A stretch of DNA of 64,000 bases from Patescibacteria group bacterium. Lineage in GTDB: Bacteria > Patescibacteriota > UBA1384 > XYA2-FULL-43-10 > 1-14-0-10-43-13. The position numbers and the translations under genes are program-made. Within the stretch, counting starts at the first letter, position 1. Each line of letters opens with the position of its first letter. The notes below the pieces were generated by a model, which had not been told where the DNA came from, ran no database searches, and saw nothing but the letters and a program-made list of their open reading frames with translations. This document shows, piece after piece, positions 1 to 7,904 of the stretch. Where the stretch lies: contig JBAZBD010000001.1 in the NCBI GenBank assembly GCA_041671645.1, forward strand, positions 265,357 to 329,356, in the 5' to 3' direction.

Positions 1-722
1 GGATGTGCGCTTGGAAGCCAGATATGAAGAGGAATAATACCAGCCTTCGTGCCAAAACCAATCAGAGCAAAGATAAAGGCTAGCGTTTGGGTATGCGGAG
101 AAACCAGCCCGATGTTGTTCTTAATTACTTCGAAATCGAAGGAGCCGGTGGAACGATAGAGCAATAGGAAAGCAAGAATGATGAAGGCTGTTCCGACATG
201 AGTCATGATGAAGTACAAGAAGCCGGCCTGGATGTTTTTGATCTCGTTCTTCTCGTAGATCACGAGGAAGTAGGAAGCGAGCGACATGATTTCCCAGACG
301 ATCAGGAAGAAGAGGGCATTGTGCGCGGTCACAACCAGAAGCATGCCGGCGATAAAGGCGTTATAAAAGAAGCCGAGACTTCCGATATTGTACTTGCGAT
401 AATAATGTTTGACGTAGCCATAGCCATAAATTGAGGCGAAAAGAGCTATCAGCGAGATAACAAGGACGAAAAATCCAGAGAGAAGGTCTGCGTGTACAGA
501 GAACGAAAGGGCTGGTAGTGTCGATGGCAAGCTGAAGGAGAAACTGCCACCCTTGAAGATAGTAAGTATCGAAGAGAAAATCCCGAAAATGGAGCCGAAA
601 ATTGCGAAGGCGCTGCTTGTGAAATTTGCGAGCTGGTCCTTTCGGCTGGCTAGCAACGAGAAAATCGCTCCGCATGCGAAGAGGGAAAGTGCAATAATAA
701 AGGAAGACTCGGCGAGGTTCAT
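1..722 (-). CDS. hyfB: Hydrogenase-4 component B / NuoL-like antiporter subunit of an Ehr-type complex (partial, runs off window)
   Basis: Not in the ORF track. Manual translation from ATG 722: MNLAESSFIIALSLF...FFLIVWEIMSLASYFLV...GFLYFIMTHVGTAF...GFGTKAGIIPLHIWLPSAH, the hallmark proton-antiporter motifs. Confidence 0.88.
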   Translation of the reverse strand, partial: MNLAESSFIIALSLFACGAIFSLLASRKDQLANFTSSAFAIFGSIFGIFSSILTIFKGGSFSFSLPSTLPALSFSVHADLLSGFFVLVISLIALFASIYGYGYVKHYYRKYNIGSLGFFYNAFIAGMLLVVTAHNALFFLIVWEIMSLASYFLVIYEKNEIKNIQAGFLYFIMTHVGTAFIILAFLLLYRSTGSFDFEVIKNNIGLVSPHTQTLAFIFALIGFGTKAGIIPLHIWLPSAH

Positions 723-723
723 A

Positions 724-1269
724 TTAATTGTCTTTGGCTATTTTAGTTTTGGTCTCGATTTTTTCTAAAATCTCAAGAAGAGCTAGCAGAATTGCTTTTG
801 GTGTTGGTGGATCGCCAGGAATCGAATAATTGACTGGTATTACTTTGTTGACGCCATCCAACACAGCGTAAGAACCTTTGAATATTCCGCCATCGATGGC
901 GTCATCGCCAACGGCTACGACAATCTTGGGGTCGGGAGTCGCTTCGTAAGTCTTGATTAGCGCCTTTTCCATATTTCTTGAGACTGGGCCAGTCACCATC
1001 AGCATATCGGCGTGTCTGGGGGAAGCGACAAAGTGAATGCCAAATCTTTCTGAATCATAAAAACAGTTGGAGAGGGCGGTGAGCTCGTGTTCACAAGCAT
1101 TGGAGGAACCGGCGTCAACTTCGCGAATGGCGAGAGAACCTCTGAACAATTTCTTGACTTTGGCTTCAATCTTTTTGCCAATCAACAAAACTTCGCCGTC
1201 CAAAAGTAAATCTCTGGGCTCGATAATTGTTTTCTGAGTCTTAAGTATTTTAGTAAAGAGGTTGGGCAT
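724..1269 (-). CDS. NuoB/HyfI-like small subunit (group 4 hydrogenase/Ehr), Fe-S ligands degenerate
   Basis: AIREVDAGSSNACE, ERFGIHFVASPRHADMLMVTGPV, YEATPDPKIVVAVGD, PGDPPTP; directly upstream of hyfB. Confidence 0.88.
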   Translation of the reverse strand: MPNLFTKILKTQKTIIEPRDLLLDGEVLLIGKKIEAKVKKLFRGSLAIREVDAGSSNACEHELTALSNCFYDSERFGIHFVASPRHADMLMVTGPVSRNMEKALIKTYEATPDPKIVVAVGDDAIDGGIFKGSYAVLDGVNKVIPVNYSIPGDPPTPKAILLALLEILEKIETKTKIAKDN

Positions 1270-1345
1270 TTTCGCTAGATTTCACTCGTGATTTATATGA
1301 ACAATATACTATTAGTGAGGCGAAAAATCAAATCCTGTCGGACGG

Positions 1346-1374
1346 TTGACTAGTTGCCAATTTAAGGGTAGGCT
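1346..1374 (+). promoter_or_regulatory. sigma70-type promoter for the 1464 ORF
   Basis: TTGACT-17 nt-TAGGCT. Confidence 0.5.
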
Positions 1375-1463
1375 ATTACCTAGTTTTTTCGCTGCAATAT
1401 TGGTTTTTCTCCCCAAGAGGCTAAGTCAGTAGCAGGGCACAAACATTTCTTTGGAGGTCCCCA

Positions 1464-2180
1464 ATGCCGAGGAAATTTATTGGAATAGAGGCAATCCTTG
1501 GTGATTGCTCAGACGTTCGTGTCGAGCCTTATTATGACATGATCGCTGACTATCTTGATGGAGCCCGCAAGCCGAGCCCGGGTTGTAAACTACCCGCTAG
1601 TTCTGACTTTGTGCGGCTCTACACCGATCGCTATCGTAACAACGATGGCATCATCCCTTTTTTGGCCATACCCCATGACAGCCATTGCGCGGCATGGAAT
1701 GGCAACGGTGGTGATGAAGCCGGTTTTGAATATGCCGACTTTTTGATTGATTACCTACTCCGCCATGGTATCCCGGCCGCTTCGCTACGGGCGATCGACG
1801 GCCATCCGCCGATCGTTTCGCATGATGGCTTGACTTGTCATGGGCATAGCGCCCTCCGCGACCGCATCAGGGAGATGTGCGCAGATCCCTATTTAGCGGA
1901 TAGATGGGTATTCCACCATCCGGCCCGGGCTTATTCGGTCAATGTCGGTCATCATTTCTTCCGTCGGCCGTACCAACAGATTCTTCGATTCACTAGCTTC
2001 TATTTTGAAGAGGGTGCGGAGGCTGCTAATACGGTAGGCAGAATTCTGACCCTTTTTGCGCCGGGGGAAGTTCTGCCAGTTTATTTCTCAAAAGAGGTAT
2101 CGTGGCGTCGTCGTCGCGAGATCTCTGATCTTCTGACGGCACACAATCTTCCTCTGGACATCAAGGTGATGTCAGCCTAA
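1464..2180 (+). CDS. Hypothetical protein, possibly distant beta-class (CsoSCA-like) carbonic anhydrase
   Basis: GGAGG RBS; CSDVRV (CxDxR) and HDSHCAA motifs; own terminator. Confidence 0.55.
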   Translation: MPRKFIGIEAILGDCSDVRVEPYYDMIADYLDGARKPSPGCKLPASSDFVRLYTDRYRNNDGIIPFLAIPHDSHCAAWNGNGGDEAGFEYADFLIDYLLRHGIPAASLRAIDGHPPIVSHDGLTCHGHSALRDRIREMCADPYLADRWVFHHPARAYSVNVGHHFFRRPYQQILRFTSFYFEEGAEAANTVGRILTLFAPGEVLPVYFSKEVSWRRRREISDLLTAHNLPLDIKVMSA

Positions 2181-2188
2181 GCAAACTT

Positions 2189-2219
2189 GAGGCCGCAAAC
2201 ACTGCGGTCTCTTTTATTT
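2189..2219 (+). terminator. Intrinsic terminator
   Basis: GAGGCCGCA-aacac-TGCGGTCTC then TTTTATTT. Confidence 0.75.
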
Positions 2220-2287
2220 GACCCAGAATTGTACTATAGTGTCGCTTGAAGCAAATGCTTCAAATACAGACGAGGGAGGGATGAACC

Positions 2288-2812
2288 ATGTCGTCTCACG
2301 GAATCTCAAAACCAGATAATGAGAAGTATCTGGACGATTTGCGCTATTTCGTAGAAATAGTGACAAAAGGTAGTATCCCGGGGCAAGACCCGATCACTCG
2401 AGAAATCGATCGGATAGTGCCACTTGGGCCAAGGACGTTGTCACCGGAGGTGATGCATCTCCTGATGGATGCAGGAGTTATCATAGACACGGGACAGAAG
2501 GGTGCCAAATCTGGCGAAATTCGCCCCTACGGCTTACTTGCTGAGAAGAGAAGCCATCGCAACGGTCAACTCTTGTTGGAGCGGGCAAGTTCGCTTGTTC
2601 CAGACATCAATTTTGCGACCCTTTGGCGAGTGTCTTCAACGGTGCTCCGCAATTTGGAGTATTTCCTGACTCGCGAGGGGTCACCGTTGCAAAGGCTGGC
2701 CTGTCGACCTGACCCTGGTCGTCATCCGCGACTTTATTACATGAACGAATTCAACGAATGGTCACTCAACTATGATTTTGTGAAAGATTATATAGGTGAC
2801 CAACAAACCTAA
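2288..2812 (+). CDS. Hypothetical protein
   Basis: 174 aa ORF with GGGAGG RBS and terminator; no motif recognised. Confidence 0.65.
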   Translation: MSSHGISKPDNEKYLDDLRYFVEIVTKGSIPGQDPITREIDRIVPLGPRTLSPEVMHLLMDAGVIIDTGQKGAKSGEIRPYGLLAEKRSHRNGQLLLERASSLVPDINFATLWRVSSTVLRNLEYFLTREGSPLQRLACRPDPGRHPRLYYMNEFNEWSLNYDFVKDYIGDQQT

Positions 2813-2816
2813 CCAC

Positions 2817-2839
2817 AACGCCCCCTTGGGGCGTTTTTT
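2817..2839 (+). terminator. Intrinsic terminator
   Basis: AACGCCCC-ctt-GGGGCGTT plus T tract. Confidence 0.8.
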
Positions 2840-2931
2840 AATACGCACGAATTTTGCAAAGAAAAGCAGAAAGTAGTTAAATTAGAAATATACTAAAGAA
2901 TCTCGCTAACTAATTTAGAAGAGAGGCCCAA

Positions 2932-3411
2932 ATGCCAGGAATTGGAATTGAAGGCGAAGTTGAGATGATAGAAGAGACCGCAGTTAATACGGACACTGCT
3001 GCCCCGGCTGAAGCGCCGGAAAAAATCGATTTGCCTATTGTTCGTTTTTGGGTCGGCGAAGAGGTAACTGGTGATGAGCTCAAGAAGAACTGGGAATTTG
3101 AATGCAAGCGCCCCGACTTTTCGTATGATGGCAAAACTTGTGAGAAATGGGTCGTTGGCGGTGACGGAGGACAGATTTGGCTGGCTCGAGATAAGGAACA
3201 AAACAAGTTGATCGGAGTCTTGAGACTGGTGAAAGGTGAGGCAGCAGCCTCAGTAGAGGAACTGAAAAAGTGGCATTTCACGGAAGGGCAGGAGTATAAC
3301 CATGGCGGTGAATATTATACGAATTACGAGTTGCATAATGCCGAGGGGCGTCTGCTTGTAAACAAAAATAGCGGCGTGATTAAGTCTTACACAAAAAATC
3401 CCGATTTCTAA
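2932..3411 (+). CDS. Hypothetical acidic protein
   Basis: 159 aa ORF, GAGG RBS, co-oriented with comM. Confidence 0.65.
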   Translation: MPGIGIEGEVEMIEETAVNTDTAAPAEAPEKIDLPIVRFWVGEEVTGDELKKNWEFECKRPDFSYDGKTCEKWVVGGDGGQIWLARDKEQNKLIGVLRLVKGEAAASVEELKKWHFTEGQEYNHGGEYYTNYELHNAEGRLLVNKNSGVIKSYTKNPDF

Positions 3412-3431
3412 TTTGTTTTGTTTGGGGGAAT

Positions 3432-4973
3432 ATGGACAAGGTTGCGAAAATCTATAGTGCGGCCACGGTGGGACTCGACTCGTATTTAGTTGAGGTCGAG
3501 GTTGATATTGGGGCTGGATTACCGTCTTTTACCATTGTTGGACTGGGTGACAAGGCGATAGATGAGAGCAAGGAGCGAATTCGGGCGGCGGTCAAGAATT
3601 CTGGTATGCACTTTCCGCAACATCGCTTGACGATCAATTTGGCGCCGGCCGATGTGAAGAAGGAGGGGCCAAATTTTGATTTGCCGATGGCAGTCGGAAT
3701 ATTACTGGCCGGAGAGCAATTTGACAACGTCAAGGACTTCGAGGAGTCGCTCTTTATCGGTGAATTATCGCTCGATGGTAAACTTCGCCATGTCAATGGG
3801 GTTTTGCCGATCGTAATGTTTGCCAAGGAGAAGGGATACAAGCAAGTATTCTTACCGGAAATCAACGCCGCTGAAGCTAGTTTGGTCAAAAATATTGCGA
3901 TCAGACCAATTTCTACGTTAATTCAATTAGTTAAGCATCTGCGAGGCGAACAAATAGTTCAAAGTTATAAAGCTCAAAAAGTCGATAAAGTCGAAAAAGA
4001 GTCGCAATCGGATTTTTGCTATGTGGCTGGGCAGGAACAGGTCAAGCGTGCGCTCGAGATTGCGGCGGCGGGCAATCACAATATCTTACTCTCTGGCCCG
4101 CCAGGGTCGGGCAAGACTCTGCTGGCGCGCACGATGCCAACCATCTTGCCCGAGATGGATGAAGACGAAATGCTCGAAGTGACCAAGATCTACTCTGTGG
4201 CGGGGCACTTGGGCAACGGCGACCCCTTTGTTTCTGACCGACCGTTCCGCTCTCCACATCACACCACTTCAAGTGTGGCGATGGTCGGAGGCGGGACTTG
4301 GCCTCGTCCGGGAGAGATAAGCCTTTCCCATCGAGGTGTCCTCTTTTTGGACGAATTTCCTGAGTTCCCACGCTCGGTTTTGGAAGCCCTTCGCCAGCCA
4401 CTTGAGGACGGCGTGGTCACAGTTTCGCGAGCGACCGGAAGCCTGACCTTCCCAGCTGAATTCTTGCTGGTGGCGGCGCAAAATCCTTGCCCATGCGGCT
4501 TCCTAAGCGACCCGGAGAAGCATTGCACTTGCACGCCGACGCAGATCATCAGATATCAAAAGAAGGTCTCAGGACCGATCCTAGACCGAATCGATATCCA
4601 TATGGAAGTACCGAGATTGAAATACGACAAATTGGCAGGGAGTCCGCCAGCTGGCGGAGTGGCGGAGGAGTCAGCCAAGGTCAGAGCTAGGGTTCAATCT
4701 GCACGGGACAGGCAAACAGAGCGATTCAAAAATACCAAGATCAAGTCGAACTCCGAGATGAGTTCCAAGGAAATCAAGCAGTATTGCAAACTGGAAGAAT
4801 CAGCCGAGAAGCTGATCGCTCAGGCGGTGGACTCAATGAGGCTATCGGCTCGCGTATATCATCGATTGCTCAAATTATCTCGCACAATTGCCGATCTCGA
4901 GGGCGCAGAGAATATTAAATCAGAACATATCGCTGAAGCATTGCAATACAGACCAAAAGAAAAAACGTACTAG
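3432..4973 (+). CDS. comM: YifB/ComM Mg-chelatase-like AAA+ ATPase
   Basis: TINLAPADVKKEG, Walker A GPPGSGKT, PFRSPHH, GVLFLDEFPEF, NPCPCG, AEALQYR. Confidence 0.95.
   Translation: MDKVAKIYSAATVGLDSYLVEVEVDIGAGLPSFTIVGLGDKAIDESKERIRAAVKNSGMHFPQHRLTINLAPADVKKEGPNFDLPMAVGILLAGEQFDNVKDFEESLFIGELSLDGKLRHVNGVLPIVMFAKEKGYKQVFLPEINAAEASLVKNIAIRPISTLIQLVKHLRGEQIVQSYKAQKVDKVEKESQSDFCYVAGQEQVKRALEIAAAGNHNILLSGPPGSGKTLLARTMPTILPEMDEDEMLEVTKIYSVAGHLGNGDPFVSDRPFRSPHHTTSSVAMVGGGTWPRPGEISLSHRGVLFLDEFPEFPRSVLEALRQPLEDGVVTVSRATGSLTFPAEFLLVAAQNPCPCGFLSDPEKHCTCTPTQIIRYQKKVSGPILDRIDIHMEVPRLKYDKLAGSPPAGGVAEESAKVRARVQSARDRQTERFKNTKIKSNSEMSSKEIKQYCKLEESAEKLIAQAVDSMRLSARVYHRLLKLSRTIADLEGAENIKSEHIAEALQYRPKEKTY
4643..4658. 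repeat. 16-bp palindrome TCCGCCAGCTGGCGGA inside comM
   Basis: Perfect palindrome; identical copy at 49798-49813. Confidence 0.8.
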
Positions 4974-5000
4974 GTCCTGAAGCGATTGAATAGGCAATTA

Positions 5001-5031
5001 AAAAACGCCCCAATATCGATTGGGACGTTTT
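5001..5031. terminator. Bidirectional terminator between convergent genes
   Basis: AAAAACGCCCCAAT...ATTGGGACGTTTT. Confidence 0.6.
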
Positions 5032-5039
5032 GGTGAGTG

Positions 5040-5327
5040 TCACTCTGCGGAGGCAGAGTTACGGATCATTTGTATTGCGCACGGGGCGCAAATTACAGGG
5101 TCACAGACGCCTTGGTTTTTGACCTCTTCAAAGTCGATTGGCATGCGACAAGTCCTGCTTGTCTGCCGATTTGACTCGTTGTCTTCGACCTCGACGAGGG
5201 CCCAGGTAAAAACCATTCCTTCCACAAGGTTTACAGTGGCGGAGAGAAGTATGTTCTCCTCGTGGTTTTCGATTGAGCGTTCGAGCCAAACGGCCCAAAT
5301 TTGCATGACTGGCTTTCCAGTTTTCAT
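5040..5327 (-). CDS. Hypothetical protein (Cys-containing)
   Basis: 95 aa; GGGAGG upstream; terminator downstream. Confidence 0.5.
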   Translation of the reverse strand: MKTGKPVMQIWAVWLERSIENHEENILLSATVNLVEGMVFTWALVEVEDNESNRQTSRTCRMPIDFEEVKNQGVCDPVICAPCAIQMIRNSASAE

Positions 5328-5386
5328 TAAAAAATTCCTCCCATAGCGGAATGTGTACTTGTGCTTACTATATCACAAAAGAGTAT

Positions 5387-5719
5387 TTATTGCAACTGAA
5401 AATTGCCGATTTTGTAGATCCAATCGCCGATATTGGTCAGAACATCGGTCTTCTGACCGAGAATATATATGCCGACGAAAATTATAGTGAGGGAGGCGAT
5501 TACGATCAAAAGCTTGTTCACATCTTTGCGGATATGGGCGTATTTGGCATTTAGTTCCGTCTCGCGGTCAACTTTGATTGGAGCTTCTGGCGCAGTTTTG
5601 ACGGTTTCGACTTGAGTATTGCTCGGGTTAGGTATTGAAATCGTGGTTGTCTCTCTTGCAACTTCATTTTGAATTCTTGGTTTTTGAGATTGTCTGAATT
5701 TATTTTTCTTTTTACCCAT
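5387..5719 (-). CDS. Hypothetical membrane protein
   Basis: Basic N-terminus, one C-terminal TM helix, AGGA RBS. Confidence 0.75.
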   Translation of the reverse strand: MGKKKNKFRQSQKPRIQNEVARETTTISIPNPSNTQVETVKTAPEAPIKVDRETELNAKYAHIRKDVNKLLIVIASLTIIFVGIYILGQKTDVLTNIGDWIYKIGNFQLQ

Positions 5720-5787
5720 ATATTCCTTTTGTTATCTTGAGTTAAAGGTACTATAAAAAGGACGAAAAGATCAATGGTTGAATTGAA

Positions 5788-5821
5788 ATAAAACGACCAC
5801 CCAAGTTATCGATGGGTGGTC
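5788..5821 (-). terminator. Intrinsic terminator after the FGGY-like gene
   Basis: GACCACCCA...TGGGTGGTC with an A-rich flank (T tract on the minus strand). Confidence 0.65.
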
Positions 5822-5833
5822 TGTGCTTGTGGG

Positions 5834-7162
5834 CTATGATACCAGCTCTGGGAGCGCGTTCAAAGCCTCTTTGACACTGTCAAATTCTTTGCAGTAGTAG
5901 AGGCCGTTGGCGGCCAGTCCGGCGTGGGTGGAGCTGCTGGCGTGACGGGGAACGACGACATCGAGACCCGAAAATTCAAGCGCTTTGACGAAGGCGGCGT
6001 TTTCGGCCCAGCCACCGGTAATTGCGACTTTGCAAATCAGCGGGATTTGCAAAGTTTCTGCTACACGATCTGCTTCGTGTACCATTGCAACGGCGACTCC
6101 GCGGAGATAGGCGGCAATGCCCTTACTTGGATCTTTGAAATTGGTGCAGACCCAGGCCGGCAGATTCGGAGCCAGAATAGTTTCGAGTGGCAGCGGCTCG
6201 ACCAGTCTGACCACTTCTGCGGCCGACTCGGACGCTTCGCAGTAACTCAGGTCGAAGTGACCGATCAGCTCTTTGTACATGGGGCCGAACATCCCGGTGT
6301 TGGTGACGGCGGCGCGGGTGGGGCCGAGGCCTTCAAAGTTGATGTTGGCCTTGAATGTGGTGCTTGTTGGAACGACGTTGTCAGGAATTCGTACGGTTGT
6401 ACCGAGCCAACTGCCGGTCCAGAAGACCCAATTACACTCAGTCAGCCCAACCAGGCGAGAGAGGACCGAGTCGTGAGAAGTTGCGAGAACTCTCGAACTT
6501 TTGTACCCAGACATTACGGCTCCGTCTTCGAGAATCGGACCTGCTCCAATCATTTCTCCTGGTATTGCACCGAAATTAGCTCCAGCATAAATCGAGGCAG
6601 CGGTCGAAGCGTGCAGTCCCATGCTTTGGCGCATGGTCTCGTCGTGCCCTGGTATTCCGCCGGACAATTTCCAGTTGATTAGTCCGGAAAACGGTACGAC
6701 GCCTAAGATGTCGCTTACGGAGAGTAATTCTGGGCAAAGGCGCTCTGTGGCGGCCAATATGCCAAGCGGTTGATAGAAGGCCGCAGCGGCTCCACCGGAG
6801 AGGAGATACATCTCTTCCCTGGTACGACCGACTTTGGCCAGCGCGTTTTCCAGGTCGGCTTCGGTGACCGATCGGTAATGCGGCAGGGGATACGTTGTCC
6901 CGCCCATACGGAGGCAGAATAGTAAGTCTGCACCCCACATGCCGGAGACGACGATGTCGCCCGGCTCTACAATATTCTTGGTGATCTGGTCGAGAGTGTC
7001 GGCCAGCCACTGGATGGGCCACTCCCAGAGTGGGCCATCAATTATCCAGGGGATCTTCTCTTCAAGCAAGATCCGGGCCCCGTCTTTGTCGTAGCTGACC
7101 ACCGATAACCCAGTAGTAGCACCGAGCACGATGGAAATAACGCGAGAATTGAATTGTGCCAT
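5834..7162 (-). CDS. Divergent FGGY-family (rhamnulokinase-like) carbohydrate kinase
   Basis: Ordered matches to RhaB motifs: IVLGATTG (DLGASSG), MWGAD (TWGVD), HYRS, SHDS, GSW, NFEG, ITGGWAEN; GGAGG RBS. Confidence 0.7.
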   Translation of the reverse strand: MAQFNSRVISIVLGATTGLSVVSYDKDGARILLEEKIPWIIDGPLWEWPIQWLADTLDQITKNIVEPGDIVVSGMWGADLLFCLRMGGTTYPLPHYRSVTEADLENALAKVGRTREEMYLLSGGAAAAFYQPLGILAATERLCPELLSVSDILGVVPFSGLINWKLSGGIPGHDETMRQSMGLHASTAASIYAGANFGAIPGEMIGAGPILEDGAVMSGYKSSRVLATSHDSVLSRLVGLTECNWVFWTGSWLGTTVRIPDNVVPTSTTFKANINFEGLGPTRAAVTNTGMFGPMYKELIGHFDLSYCEASESAAEVVRLVEPLPLETILAPNLPAWVCTNFKDPSKGIAAYLRGVAVAMVHEADRVAETLQIPLICKVAITGGWAENAAFVKALEFSGLDVVVPRHASSSTHAGLAANGLYYCKEFDSVKEALNALPELVS

Positions 7163-7268
7163 GTCATAAACCTCCTTCAGATTCTAATCCTTGGCTTATG
7201 AATGTTAAAACATATTTCGATAAATAAGTCAAAGAAAAAAGCTCCAGCATGAGCTGAAGCATTTTTCT

Positions 7269-7343
7269 TGGAGCGGGTAACGGGAGTCGAACCCGTATCT
7301 CATCCTTGGCAAGGACGTATAATAGCCGCTATACGATACCCGC
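7269..7343 (-). tRNA. tRNA-Gly(GCC)
   Basis: Cloverleaf GCGGGTA...TGCCA loop...GTTCGACTC...CCA. Confidence 0.95.
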
Positions 7344-7356
7344 AAACGTTTGATTT

Positions 7357-7430
7357 TGGAGGTCTGGCCGGGAATCGAACCCGGCTACGCGGTTTTGCAG
7401 ACCGCTGCCTAACCTCTCGGCCACCAGACC
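7357..7430 (-). tRNA. tRNA-Cys(GCA)
   Basis: GGTCTGG...GCGGTCTGCAAAACCGC...GTTCGATTC...TCCA. Confidence 0.95.
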
Positions 7431-7476
7431 TAATAACTATTATGCAAACGAAGTGGCCAGCCATCCGTAAGAAGAA

Positions 7477-7551
<75 letters not shown>

Positions 7552-7670
7552 GTAAAACAAGAAAATATTAACACTTTTAAGCCGCTAAATCAATATCGCT
7601 AGGGCTCTTCTCTTGAAAAATTAGCTGTTCTCAAGTATTATCTAATCTAGGTCGAGAGGCCGATTCACTT

Positions 7671-7892
7671 ATGTCAAACACATTCAAAATTATTCAAATT
7701 ATTCTGGCCATACTTTTGGTCATTTTGATCTTGCTTCAGCAGAGAGGCTCCGGCCTTGGCGCCGCTTTTGGCGGAGGAGACGGTAATGTCTACCGATCAC
7801 GTCGTGGCATAGAGAAGATGATTTTCTACGCTACTATTGTTGTCGCAGTTCTATTTTGTATCGTCGCCCTCTTCTCGGTTTTCTTTTCCTAA
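7671..7892 (+). CDS. secG: Preprotein translocase subunit SecG
   Basis: ILLQQRGSGLGAAFGG...RRGIEK; two TM helices. Confidence 0.95.
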   Translation: MSNTFKIIQIILAILLVILILLQQRGSGLGAAFGGGDGNVYRSRRGIEKMIFYATIVVAVLFCIVALFSVFFS

Positions 7893-7904
7893 TCTCAAAC
7901 TATT

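Noticed and set aside
5924-6682. Long antisense ORFs (5924-6682, 47857-48657, 32688-33239, 53571-54191 and similar)
   Set aside because: Shadow ORFs opposite better-supported genes, with no recognisable motifs.
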